Below, piece after piece: positions 1 to 8,652 of a DNA stretch of 15,157 nt. The notes beneath the pieces are model-generated. The model had not been told where the DNA came from. It saw only the letters and a program-made list of their open reading frames with translations, and made no database searches. The stretch is taken from positions 1 to 15,157 of the IMG/VR virus record IMGVR_UViG_2648501466_000031. One strand, given 5' to 3'. The number at the start of each line of letters is the position of its first letter. Within the stretch, counting starts at the first letter, position 1. The stretch is from a virus. Taxonomy: Duplodnaviria > Heunggongvirae > Uroviricota > Caudoviricetes. Both the position numbers and the translations under genes were made by a program.

Positions 1-117
1 ACTTTAGAATTTAACGATACTATAATTGAATCTCAGAAAGTCACAGGCAATAAGGCAAAGCATATTCTTGAGGATATAGAAAAATTCTATCGTAACAAAC
101 CCGATACTTATTATTAA
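1..117 (+). CDS. 3' end of an unidentified AT-rich ORF entering from the left edge (ends ...FYRNKPDTYY, stop TAA 115-117)
   Basis: Open frame from position 1 to TAA at 115-117, translated by hand; partial so absent from the ORF track; no recognisable motif. Confidence 0.25.
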   Translation, partial: TLEFNDTIIESQKVTGNKAKHILEDIEKFYRNKPDTYY

Positions 118-305
118 ATTTAATAATAGTTAGATGTGCAGAAATTATTACTCCACCCAAAAAAACAGGATAAGGAATTCCAGATAATTAGGATAAGCTT
201 AACAATAAAAGAACTAATAACGTTTATTATCTCTCACGTAGAACGATGGCATCAAAAAAATCATCTATAAAGAAAGAGTGAAAGCGACGACAGTTTAATT
301 TCACT

Positions 306-329
306 GCAGGCTGGGTAGCTCCAGCCTGC
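306..329. terminator. Perfect 9-bp stem-loop GCAGGCTGG-gtagct-CCAGCCTGC just 3' of tyrB; possible terminator
   Basis: Inverted repeat read directly; sits 10 bp downstream of the tyrB stop (339-341); no strong U-tract on the tyrB strand, hence low confidence. Confidence 0.3.
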
Positions 330-338
330 TTTCCTGCA

Positions 339-1532
339 TTACATCACCGCAGCAAACGCCTTTGCCACACGTTGTACATTTGCCGTATTTAACCCGGCGA
401 CACACATGCGACCGCTGGCGATGAGATAGACACCAAATTCTTCACGTAGTCGGTCAACCTGAGCGGCACTTAAACCGGTATAACTGAACATGCCGCGCTG
501 ATTAAGCAGATAATCGAAATTGCGTTCTGGCATCTCTGTGCTTAATACCTTCACCAGTTCCTGACGCATTGCCAGAATGCGAGTACGCATCTCTTCTACT
601 TCCGCCAGCCAGCTGGCTTTCAATGCCTCGTCATTCAGCACTGCAGCCACCACCTGCGCACCAAAATTCGGCGGGCTGGAGTAGTTGCGGCGAACTGTTG
701 CTTTCAATTGCCCCAGTACGCGGCCAGCGGCTTCGGCATCTTCACACAGAACAGAAAGTCCGCCGACGCGCTCGCCGTAAAGGGAGAAAATTTTCGAGAA
801 CGAATTGCTCACCAGAGCGGGTAATCCAGCGCTGGCAATGGCGCGAATAGCGTAGGCATCCTCTTCCATACCGGCACCAAATCCTTGATAGGCAATATCG
901 AGGAATGGAATAAGCTCGCGGGCTTTGAGAATTTCAATCACCGCATCCCACTGGTCATTAGTGAGATCGGCACCCGTTGGGTTGTGGCAACATGGATGCA
1001 GCAACACAATACTGCGGGCAGGTAATGTTTTCAGCGTCGCCAACAGGTCATTAAAGCGCACGCCGTTAGTCGCTTCGTCATACCAGGGGTAAGTACTCAC
1101 TTCGAATCCAGCCCCGGCGAATATTGCTACGTGGTTTTCCCAGGTAGGATCGCTGACCCAGACGCCTGATTCCGGGAAGTAGCGTTTCAGGAAATCCGCG
1201 CCCACTTTCAATGCCCCTGAGCCGCCAAGGGTTTGAATGGTTGCTACGCGCTGTTGTTGCAGTACTGGATGGTCCGCACCAAACAGCAGCGGCGCAATGG
1301 CATGGCGATAGCTGTTAAGCCCTTCCATCGGTAAATAAAGCGAAGCGCCATGAGGCTGCGCATTCAGGCGCGCTTCCGCCTCCGCCACGGCTTGCAGTTG
1401 TGGAATAATTCCGTCTTCGTTGTAGTACAGACCGATACTTAAATTCACTTTGTCGCTGCGAGGGTCTTCTTTAAAACGCTCCATAAGCGTAAGAATCGGG
1501 TCGCCAGCGTAGGCGTCAACTTTTTGAAACAC
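339..1532 (-). CDS. tyrB: Aromatic-amino-acid (tyrosine) aminotransferase, 397 aa
   Basis: Translation matches class I aminotransferase TyrB over its length ([19 protein letters not shown]-lysine region). The true start is the GTG at 1530-1532 (…[16 protein letters not shown]); the track ORF beginning at 1574 is an upstream in-frame extension. Confidence 0.93.
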   Translation of the reverse strand: MFQKVDAYAGDPILTLMERFKEDPRSDKVNLSIGLYYNEDGIIPQLQAVAEAEARLNAQPHGASLYLPMEGLNSYRHAIAPLLFGADHPVLQQQRVATIQTLGGSGALKVGADFLKRYFPESGVWVSDPTWENHVAIFAGAGFEVSTYPWYDEATNGVRFNDLLATLKTLPARSIVLLHPCCHNPTGADLTNDQWDAVIEILKARELIPFLDIAYQGFGAGMEEDAYAIRAIASAGLPALVSNSFSKIFSLYGERVGGLSVLCEDAEAAGRVLGQLKATVRRNYSSPPNFGAQVVAAVLNDEALKASWLAEVEEMRTRILAMRQELVKVLSTEMPERNFDYLLNQRGMFSYTGLSAAQVDRLREEFGVYLIASGRMCVAGLNTANVQRVAKAFAAVM

Positions 1533-1728
1533 GCGATGGTTCTCCAGGTTTACGGGCAGGTGGTTAAAACACAATAAACCGGAAGAAGGCGAAGATCGAG
1601 TGGATGTTCAGGAGCGAACGGCAATTAGCAACAGAGTGAGACTCATGACAAACGTACATCCGCCAGAGGCACGACCTTTATAAGAGCATGAAAGAACATC
1701 AACTTATTGAATTTTTAGGATTTTATTG

Positions 1729-1758
1729 GCCGGATAAGGCATTCACGCCGCATCCGGC
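1729..1758. repeat. REP-like palindromic element (GCCGGATaaggcattcacgccgcATCCGGC) in the tyrB-alr intergenic region
   Basis: Imperfect palindrome with GCCGGAT/ATCCGGC arms typical of enterobacterial REP sequences; lies 3' of alr, between convergent-free genes. Confidence 0.55.
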
Positions 1759-1784
1759 ACAGACAATCAAATATTACAGAACGA

Positions 1785-2864
1785 TTAATCCACGTATTTC
1801 ATCGCGACCCTTGAAGTCAGGCGCGTAATAAGTTCGTAAGCGCTTACTTTCGTCATTTCAGCGATACGTTCTACGGGCAAACCTTCGCCCCATAAAATGA
1901 CCGGATCCCCGGCTTTGTCCTGCGCCTGTGGACCTAAGTCTACGCAGATCATATCCATCGCCACGCGCCCGACAATCGGTACTTCGCGACCGTTCACCAG
2001 CACTGGCGTACCGGACGGCGCGGCGCGCGGATAACCATCGCCATAGCCCATCGCGACTACGCCAAGACGGGTATCACGTTCGCTTACCCAGGTTCCACCA
2101 TAACCAACAGGTTCTCCGGCTTTATGCTCACGCACGGCAATCAGGCTGGAGGTTAGTGACATCACTGGCTGACAGCCAAAATCGGCACCGGTGGAGCGAT
2201 CTTCCAGCGGCGAGACGCCATAAAGAATGATGCCCGGGCGCACCCAGTCAAAATGCGACTGTGGCCACAGCAGAATGCCACCCGATGCGGCAATGGAACG
2301 TTGACCAGGTTTGCCTTCGCAAAAGGTATTAAAGATAGCGAGTTGTTTCTCGGTTGCGCCACATTTTGGTTCATCCGCGCGCGCAAAATGGCTGACGATA
2401 TTCACCGGCTGACGAACGTTTTTGCACTGGGTCAGGCGATGATAAAACGCCTCAGCCTGTTCCGGCCTTACGCCCAGACGGTGCATACCGGTATCGAGTT
2501 TCATCCAGACGGTAACCGGCTCGTCCAGGCTAGCCTCTTCCAGCGCAGCCAGCTGTTCTTCGTTATGCACGGCGGTATGAAAATGTTGCGCAGAAATCGT
2601 CGGCAGATCTCTGGCATCAAAAAAGCCTTCGAGTAACAGTACAGGTTTGGTGATTCCCCCCGCACGCAGTCGCAGAGCTTCTTCGAGACGGGCTACGCCA
2701 AAGGCGTCAGCATCGGGGAGCGTTCGCGCGGTCTCAAGAAGACCGTGACCATAAGCGTTCGCTTTCACCACCGCAACCATTTTACTGGCAGGGGCCAGTT
2801 CACGAAGACGTTGCAGGTTGTGTCGCAGAGCGCGGCGGTTAATCACAACAGTTGCCGCTTGCAT
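1785..2864 (-). CDS. alr: Alanine racemase, biosynthetic, 359 aa
   Basis: PLP-binding motif [10 protein letters not shown] near the N-terminus; length and overall sequence typical of Alr; conserved position next to dnaB. Confidence 0.93.
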
Positions 2865-2916
2865 TTGTGTTCCTTGATAAGTGTTTGCTTTAATTACCTA
2901 ATTCATAAAATAATTA

Positions 2917-4332
2917 TTATTCGTCGTCGTACTGCGGCCCCGCATAGTTGTCGAAGCGCGACCATTGACCGTTAAAGGTCAGGCGTACCGTCCCGATTGG
3001 GCCGTTACGTTGTTTACCGATAATAATTTCCGCGATGCCTTTTAAATCACTGTTTTCGTGATACACCTCATCACGATAGATAAACATGATCAAGTCCGCA
3101 TCCTGCTCGATAGAGCCAGATTCACGCAGGTCGGAGTTGACCGGGCGTTTGTCGGCACGTTGTTCCAGAGAACGGTTCAACTGGGACAGCGCCACCACCG
3201 GCACGTTCAGTTCTTTCGCCAGTGCTTTCAGCGAGCGGGAGATTTCTGCAATTTCCAGCGTACGGTTATCGGAAAGCGCCGGTACGCGCATCAGTTGCAG
3301 GTAGTCGATCATGATAAGCCCGATGCCGCCGTGTTCACGGGCAATACGGCGTGCGCGGGAACGCACTTCCGTTGGCGTCAGGCCGGAAGAGTCATCGATA
3401 TAGATATTGCGTTTTTCGAGCAAAATACCCATGGTGCCGGAAATGCGCGCCCAGTCTTCATCATCGAGCTGCCCGGTACGGATTTTAGTCTGGTCAACGC
3501 GCGACAGCGACGCCAGAGAACGCATCATAATCTGTTCTGAAGGCATCTCCAGCGAGAAGATAAGTACCGGTTTATCCTGCAACATCGCCGCGTTTTCGAC
3601 GAGGTTCATCGCAAATGTTGTTTTACCCATCGACGGACGCGCGGCGACGATGATCAAATCCGACGGCTGCAAGCCAGCGGTTTTTTTGTTGAGATCGTCA
3701 TAACCGGTGTTTACTCCGGTAACGCCATCGTGTGGCTGCTGAAACAACTGCTCAATACGCGCCACGGTTGCGTCGAGCACATCGGCGATGTTCTTCGGCC
3801 CTTCGTCTTTGTTTGCACGACTTTCGGCAATTTTAAAGACGCGGGATTCAGCAAGGTCCAGCAGATCTTCGCTGGTACGCCCCTGCGGATCAAAACCGGC
3901 TTCAGCAATCTCATTCGCAACCGAGATCATCTCACGGACAACGGCACGTTCACGCACGATGTCAGCATAAGCACTGATGTTCGCCGCACTTGGCGTATTT
4001 TTTGACAGCTCTGCCAGATAAGCAAAACCACCGACGCTATCGAGTTGCCCCTGGCGTTCCAGCGATTCCGCAAGAGTAATTAGATCGATAGGGCTACCGC
4101 TTTCCTGCAAACGCGCCATTTCAGTAAAGATATGACGGTGTGGGCGGGTGTAAAAATCGTCTGCTACCACACGCTCGGCTACATCATCCCAGCGTTCGTT
4201 ATCTAGCATTAAACCGCCCAACACCGACTGCTCCGCTTCGATCGAGTGCGGAGGCACTTTCAGCCCGGCAACTTGTGGATCGCGTTCGCGGGGTTCAGCC
4301 TGCTGTTTGTTGAAGGGTTTATTTCCTGCCAT
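2917..4332 (-). CDS. dnaB: Replicative DNA helicase DnaB, 471 aa
   Basis: Walker A GARPSMGKT, the DnaB N-terminal domain and a length of 471 aa; classic DnaB. Confidence 0.96.
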   Translation of the reverse strand: MAGNKPFNKQQAEPRERDPQVAGLKVPPHSIEAEQSVLGGLMLDNERWDDVAERVVADDFYTRPHRHIFTEMARLQESGSPIDLITLAESLERQGQLDSVGGFAYLAELSKNTPSAANISAYADIVRERAVVREMISVANEIAEAGFDPQGRTSEDLLDLAESRVFKIAESRANKDEGPKNIADVLDATVARIEQLFQQPHDGVTGVNTGYDDLNKKTAGLQPSDLIIVAARPSMGKTTFAMNLVENAAMLQDKPVLIFSLEMPSEQIMMRSLASLSRVDQTKIRTGQLDDEDWARISGTMGILLEKRNIYIDDSSGLTPTEVRSRARRIAREHGGIGLIMIDYLQLMRVPALSDNRTLEIAEISRSLKALAKELNVPVVALSQLNRSLEQRADKRPVNSDLRESGSIEQDADLIMFIYRDEVYHENSDLKGIAEIIIGKQRNGPIGTVRLTFNGQWSRFDNYAGPQYDDE

Positions 4333-4414
4333 AGTGAATGGAGTTACCGAGATAAAGAATGGGTCGAAACTTTACCATATGAAGCAGACCCTGACGATAC
4401 GTTCTGGAGGACAC

Positions 4415-5398
4415 ATGGCAACACGAATTGAATTTCACAAGCACGGTGGCCCGGAAGTACTTCAAGCCGTAGAGTTCACTCCTGCCGATCCGGCAGAGAA
4501 TGAAATCCAGGTCGAAAATAAAGCCATCGGCATCAATTTTATCGACACATATATCCGCAGCGGCCTTTACCCGCCGCCATCGCTACCCAGCGGATTAGGC
4601 ACCGAAGCAGCAGGCATCGTGAGTAAAGTCGGCAGTGGTGTAAAGCATATTAAGGCAGGCGATCGTGTAGTCTATGCGCAGTCGGCGTTAGGCGCTTACA
4701 GCTCTGTGCATAACATTATTGCGGATAAAGCGGCGATTCTGCCTGCGGCAATTTCTTTTGAGCAAGCTGCGGCATCCTTCCTGAAAGGCTTAACGGTTTA
4801 TTATCTGCTGCGCAAAACCTATGAAATTAAACCCGATGAGCAGTTCCTGTTCCACGCAGCAGCTGGCGGCGTTGGCTTGATTGCCTGCCAGTGGGCAAAA
4901 GCCCTGGGCGCGAAACTTATCGGCACCGTAGGAACCGCGCAAAAAGCGCAGAGCGCGCTAAAAGCGGGCGCGTGGCAGGTTATTAACTATCGTGAAGAGA
5001 ATCTGGTCGAGCGGTTAAAAGAGATCACCGGCGGTAAGAAAGTGCGCGTGGTGTACGATTCCGTGGGCAGAGACACCTGGGAACGGTCGCTGGATTGCCT
5101 GCAACGCCGCGGCTTAATGGTGAGTTTTGGCAACTCATCAGGTGCGGTTACCGGTGTGAACTTAGGCATTCTCAATCAGAAAGGCTCGTTGTATGTGACA
5201 CGCCCTTCCCTGCAAGGCTATATCACCACGCGGGAGGAATTAACCGAGGCCAGTAATGAACTGTTCTCTTTGATTGCCAGCGGTGTGATTAAGGTCGATG
5301 TCGCCGAGCAGCAGAAATATCCGCTGAAGGATGCGCAGCGTGCGCATGAAATTCTGGAAAGCCGGGCAACGCAAGGTTCCAGCCTGCTGATTCCATAA
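4415..5398 (+). CDS. qor: NADPH:quinone oxidoreductase (zeta-crystallin family), 327 aa
   Basis: MATRIEFHKHGGPEVLQ… MDR-family sequence with AAAGGVG NADPH motif; start ATG at 4415 preceded by GGAGGA 5 nt upstream; the track ORF from 4307 is an in-frame upstream extension. Confidence 0.9.
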   Translation: MATRIEFHKHGGPEVLQAVEFTPADPAENEIQVENKAIGINFIDTYIRSGLYPPPSLPSGLGTEAAGIVSKVGSGVKHIKAGDRVVYAQSALGAYSSVHNIIADKAAILPAAISFEQAAASFLKGLTVYYLLRKTYEIKPDEQFLFHAAAGGVGLIACQWAKALGAKLIGTVGTAQKAQSALKAGAWQVINYREENLVERLKEITGGKKVRVVYDSVGRDTWERSLDCLQRRGLMVSFGNSSGAVTGVNLGILNQKGSLYVTRPSLQGYITTREELTEASNELFSLIASGVIKVDVAEQQKYPLKDAQRAHEILESRATQGSSLLIP

Positions 5399-5405
5399 AA
5401 GAAAT

Positions 5406-5436
5406 AGGGCTTCCACCTGGGAAGCCCTTTCTTTTT
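5406..5436. terminator. Bidirectional Rho-independent terminator shared by qor (+) and pspG (-)
   Basis: Stem GGGCTTCC / GGAAGCCC with 5-nt loop, T-tract TTTCTTTTT on the plus side and A-tract (U-tract on minus) on the other. Confidence 0.7.
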
Positions 5437-5563
5437 ATAGTTCGGCTGTATGTAGGGTACAGCACGATGAATCTGTTAGAGGCGCAATAGTGACAGATTT
5501 GATTATCAATTCCTATTTTGTTCTAAGGATAAAACCTTAGGTTGTGATCATCCGCACAATCCC

Positions 5564-5806
5564 TTAGTAACGCCAGCGGTCATAACGCTGATATTTCGGC
5601 ATTTTTGGTGCTTTAATCGCCTTAATAACCCACACCACCGCAATCGCCAGTAGTAACCACGGCAGCAACTTAATCATCAATGCCAGCATACCGCCGAGGA
5701 ACATAATGGCCGTCGCCACAACCAGCGCGGCGATAATGCCCAGCAACGAAACGCCGGTGACCATCAGCATGACAAAAAAGCCAATCACAAAAAGTAGTTC
5801 CAGCAT
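5564..5806 (-). CDS. pspG: Phage shock protein G, 80-aa hydrophobic membrane protein
   Basis: MLELLFVIGFFVMLMVTGVSLLGIIAALVV… …KMPKYQRYDRWRY matches PspG; start ATG at 5804-5806; the track ORF from 6016 is an upstream extension overlapping the dusA 3' end. Confidence 0.85.
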   Translation of the reverse strand: MLELLFVIGFFVMLMVTGVSLLGIIAALVVATAIMFLGGMLALMIKLLPWLLLAIAVVWVIKAIKAPKMPKYQRYDRWRY

Positions 5807-5842
5807 GATGCTCTCCCAAATATGAAATCTCTTGCTGGCATT

Positions 5843-5877
5843 ACAAGAATCATGCCAAAAATAATCTATTGATTTAA
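5843..5877 (-). promoter_or_regulatory. Candidate sigma-54 promoter (-24/-12) plus IHF-like site for pspG
   Basis: Minus-strand reading gives TGGCATGATTCTTGT (close to TGGCAC-N5-TTGC, with GT rather than GC at -12) about 35 nt upstream of the pspG ATG; AATCAATAGATTA (WATCAANNNNTTR) lies immediately upstream. pspG is known to be sigma-54/PspF/IHF dependent. Confidence 0.4.
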
Positions 5878-5939
5878 CAGCAAAACGCCCCGCGACGGTG
5901 CGCAGGGCGTGGTGAATTTGACTACTTTTTGGTGAAAAG

Positions 5940-6977
5940 TTAACGCTTATCCGCCACCAGTTTGAGCGCGTGTTCCAGCACGTTAATGTCAGCACCCGCT
6001 TTATGGGCATTTTCACTTAAATAACGCCGCCACTGCCGCGCGCCAGGAATACCCTGGAACAAACCCAGCATATGCCGGGTAATATGGCCGAGATACGTCC
6101 CCTGGCTGAGTTCACGCTCAATGTACGGATACATGGCGCGCACTACCGCCACCGGATCGGCATCGGTATCCGAGGAACCAAAGATCTCCCGGTCTACCGC
6201 CGCCAGAATACCCGGATTCTGATACGCCTCGCGCCCGACCATCACGCCATCCATATGTTGCAGGTGTGCTTTGGCCTCTTCCAGCGACTTGATACCACCG
6301 TTAATCGACATTGTCAGATGCGGAAAGTCACGCTTCAGTTGATACACACGCGGATAATCGAGCGGCGGGATTTCACGGTTTTCTTTCGGGCTTAACCCCG
6401 AAAGCCAGGCTTTACGTGCGTGGATGATAAACATCTCACACTCGCCTTTGCCGGAAACAGTGTTGATGAAATCGCAGAGAAATTCATAGCTGTCCTGGTC
6501 ATCGATGCCAATACGCGTTTTCACCGTCACTGGAATCGACACCACATCGCGCATCGCTTTCACACAGTCGGCAACCAGCTGCGCATTACCCATCAGACAC
6601 GCACCAAACATGCCGTTCTGCACCCGGTCAGACGGGCAGCCGACATTCAGGTTGATCTCATCATATCCACGCGCTTCTGCCAGCTTCGCACACTGTGCCA
6701 GCGCCGCCGGATCGCTACCGCCGAGTTGCAACGCTACCGGATGTTCTTCTTCACTGTACGCCAGGTAATCACCTTTACCGTGAATAATCGCCCCTGTGGT
6801 CACCATTTCGGTATACAGCAACGTATTGCGGGAAAGCAGACGCAAGAAATAGCGGCAATGTCTGTCCGTCCAGTCGAGCATAGGAGCAATGCTAAACCGA
6901 GAATTCCAGTAAACACCAGTTTTTTCAGGCATCACGCTGGTTTGATTAATTTTTTGTGTTTCATGATTATCGTGCAT
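5940..6977 (-). CDS. dusA: tRNA-dihydrouridine synthase A, 345 aa as drawn; 5' end probably supplied by the adjacent prophage
   Basis: [17 protein letters not shown]… and the Dus catalytic region ([15 protein letters not shown]); the first ~12 codons (6941-6977) are ~24% GC versus ~45-55% for the rest; no Shine-Dalgarno seen at either M1 or M16, so the start is uncertain. Confidence 0.88.
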   Translation of the reverse strand: MHDNHETQKINQTSVMPEKTGVYWNSRFSIAPMLDWTDRHCRYFLRLLSRNTLLYTEMVTTGAIIHGKGDYLAYSEEEHPVALQLGGSDPAALAQCAKLAEARGYDEINLNVGCPSDRVQNGMFGACLMGNAQLVADCVKAMRDVVSIPVTVKTRIGIDDQDSYEFLCDFINTVSGKGECEMFIIHARKAWLSGLSPKENREIPPLDYPRVYQLKRDFPHLTMSINGGIKSLEEAKAHLQHMDGVMVGREAYQNPGILAAVDREIFGSSDTDADPVAVVRAMYPYIERELSQGTYLGHITRHMLGLFQGIPGARQWRRYLSENAHKAGADINVLEHALKLVADKR

Positions 6978-7010
6978 TTTTGAACATTTCAGGCTATTTT
7001 TCTCGCGTTA

Positions 7011-7046
7011 GGTTCCCGCACAGGTTCCCACGTTTTATGGGAACCC
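7011..7046. promoter_or_regulatory. GGTTCCC repeat cluster in the int 5' region: direct copy 7011-7017 plus inverted repeat GGTTCCCA-N7-TGGGAACC (7024-7046)
   Basis: Read directly; sits 20-55 nt upstream of the int ATG (7066) in the dusA-int divergent region; candidate operator or recombinase/RDF binding sites. Confidence 0.35.
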
Positions 7047-7065
7047 GAAATAACGAGGTCGTGTA

Positions 7066-8163
7066 ATGGCATACTATAACATAGAGAAACGACTAAAATC
7101 CGATGGCACACCACGCTATCGCTGTAATGTGATTATCAAAGAAAAAGGTGTTATCACTTACAGGGAAAGTAAAACATTCCCTAAACATGCTCATGCCAAA
7201 ACATGGGGCACACAGAAAGTGATGGAATTAGATCTATATGGCATTCCATCATCAAATGCAGTTGACGGACTTACAGTCCGTGACTTACTACACAAATATT
7301 TAAATGACCCAAATGCCGGAGGTAAAGCAGGCCGTACTAAAAGATATGTGCTGGAACTGCTTATGGATAGTGACGTCTCCGCGCTCAAACTATCTGAACT
7401 GACAGAAAATGACGTAATTGAACATTGCAGGCTAAGAAACAACGCTGGTGCAGGTCCAGCTACAGTTAGCCACGATGTTAGTTATCTTGGCAGTGTTCTG
7501 GATGCTGCCAAACCTGTATATGGAATTAATTACACATCAAACCCAGCAAAAGCCGCTCGTCCATATCTACTTAAACTTGGTTTAATTGGTAAATCAAATC
7601 GTCGTAATCGTAGACCGGCATCTGATGAACTGGACATGCTCATTGAAGGTCTTCAACAACGATCTACACATAAATGCTCAAAAATTCCGTTCGTTGATAT
7701 CCTCAAATTTTCTGTGTGGTCATGTATGCGAATCGGTGAAGTATGCCGATTACGATGGGAGGATCTCGATCAGGAACAAAAATCCATACTCGTAAGAGAC
7801 AGGAAAGATCCACGTAAAAAGGAAGGCAACCATATGAAAGTAGCCTTGCTTGGGGAAGCCTGGGATATCGTCCAACGACAACCCAAAAAATCAGAATTCA
7901 TTTTTCCATATAACAGCACTTCTGTTACTGCGGGATTCCAGAGGGTAAGAAGCAAATTAGGTATTAAAGATCTGCGATACCATGATTTGCGTAGAGAAGG
8001 GGCAAGTCGCTTATTTGAGGCTGGTTTTAGTATTGAGGAAGTCGCCCAGGTTACAGGGCATCGTTCATTAAACGTGCTATGGCAGGTATATACCGAACTG
8101 TATCCGAAATCTTTACATAATCGTTTTGAAGAGCTCCAAAGGAGCAGAAATAAGGCCTCTTGA
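7066..8163 (+). CDS. int: Phage tyrosine integrase (site-specific recombinase), likely dusA-associated integrase type, 365 aa
   Basis: Catalytic signature: box I R (CMRIGEVCRLRWEDL), HDLRR (H-x-x-R), GHRS, and tyrosine in WQVYTEL; position directly abutting and divergent from the dusA 5' end. Confidence 0.88.
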   Translation: MAYYNIEKRLKSDGTPRYRCNVIIKEKGVITYRESKTFPKHAHAKTWGTQKVMELDLYGIPSSNAVDGLTVRDLLHKYLNDPNAGGKAGRTKRYVLELLMDSDVSALKLSELTENDVIEHCRLRNNAGAGPATVSHDVSYLGSVLDAAKPVYGINYTSNPAKAARPYLLKLGLIGKSNRRNRRPASDELDMLIEGLQQRSTHKCSKIPFVDILKFSVWSCMRIGEVCRLRWEDLDQEQKSILVRDRKDPRKKEGNHMKVALLGEAWDIVQRQPKKSEFIFPYNSTSVTAGFQRVRSKLGIKDLRYHDLRREGASRLFEAGFSIEEVAQVTGHRSLNVLWQVYTELYPKSLHNRFEELQRSRNKAS

Positions 8164-8211
8164 CACTGTTTATCTATACAGTTAAAAATAATACTGTATA
8201 CAAACACAGTA
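8164..8211 (+). promoter_or_regulatory. Two tandem LexA (SOS) boxes upstream of the dinI-like gene
   Basis: Box 1 at 8164-8183 CACTGTttatctatACAGTT; box 2 at 8192-8211 TACTGTatacaaacACAGTA (perfect CTGT-N8-ACAG with TA flanks); RBS AGAGGGA and ATG at 8225 follow. Confidence 0.75.
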
Positions 8212-8224
8212 TAGAGGGACTTTT

Positions 8225-8473
8225 ATGCGTATTGAAATCTGCATAGCCAAAGAAAAAATGACTAAAATGCCAACCGGTGCTGTGGATGCGTTAAAGGAAG
8301 AATTAACCCGACGCATCAGTAAACGTTATGACGATGTAGAGGTGATCGTAAAAGCCACCAGCAACGATGGCCTTTCTGTTACACGCACCGCAGATAAGGA
8401 TTCTGCAAAAACTTTTGTTCAGGAGACTCTGAAAGATACCTGGGAATCTGCTGACGAGTGGTTTGTTCACTAA
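8225..8473 (+). CDS. dinI: DinI-family DNA-damage-inducible protein (RecA modulator), 82 aa
   Basis: [11 protein letters not shown]…[16 protein letters not shown]…LSV…[17 protein letters not shown] aligns along its length with E. coli DinI (MRIEVTIAK…GAIDAL…LQETWESADDWFV). Confidence 0.88.
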   Translation: MRIEICIAKEKMTKMPTGAVDALKEELTRRISKRYDDVEVIVKATSNDGLSVTRTADKDSAKTFVQETLKDTWESADEWFVH

Positions 8474-8652
8474 TTAACACGTAAAATCGGTAACGGCTGG
8501 AAATCATTCAATACTCGCACTATCGAAAGTTCGCCAGCCAGCCGTGGCACGTTCTTGCATACGACGTGCTACGGTTTCATTTATCTCCCGAAACTCCATT
8601 TGGATTTATCCGGTGCGCCGTAAAACCCCGTCCTTCAGGGCGTGGAGGATGT

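Noticed and set aside
1533-1574. N-terminal extension of the tyrB track ORF ([14 protein letters not shown]…)
   Set aside because: TyrB homologues start at the downstream GTG (VFQKVDAY…), giving the expected 397 aa; the extension is just open frame in the leader.
1575-1700. TyrR boxes (TGTAAA-N6-TTTACA) expected in the tyrB promoter
   Set aside because: No convincing match could be located by eye on either strand; not reported as a feature.
4307-4414. Upstream extension of the qor track ORF (MLKGLFPAIV…)
   Set aside because: Qor family proteins start at MATRIEFHKHGG, which has a strong GGAGGA RBS; the extension would overlap the dnaB start region.
5522-5540. Hairpin CTAAGG-ataaaac-CCTTAG between qor and pspG as a possible terminator
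   Set aside because: No U-tract on either strand, and the better bidirectional terminator at 5406-5436 already accounts for both genes.
5807-6016. Upstream extension of the pspG track ORF to 150 aa
   Set aside because: PspG is an 80-aa membrane protein starting MLELLFVIG; the extension overlaps the dusA 3' end and the sigma-54 promoter region.
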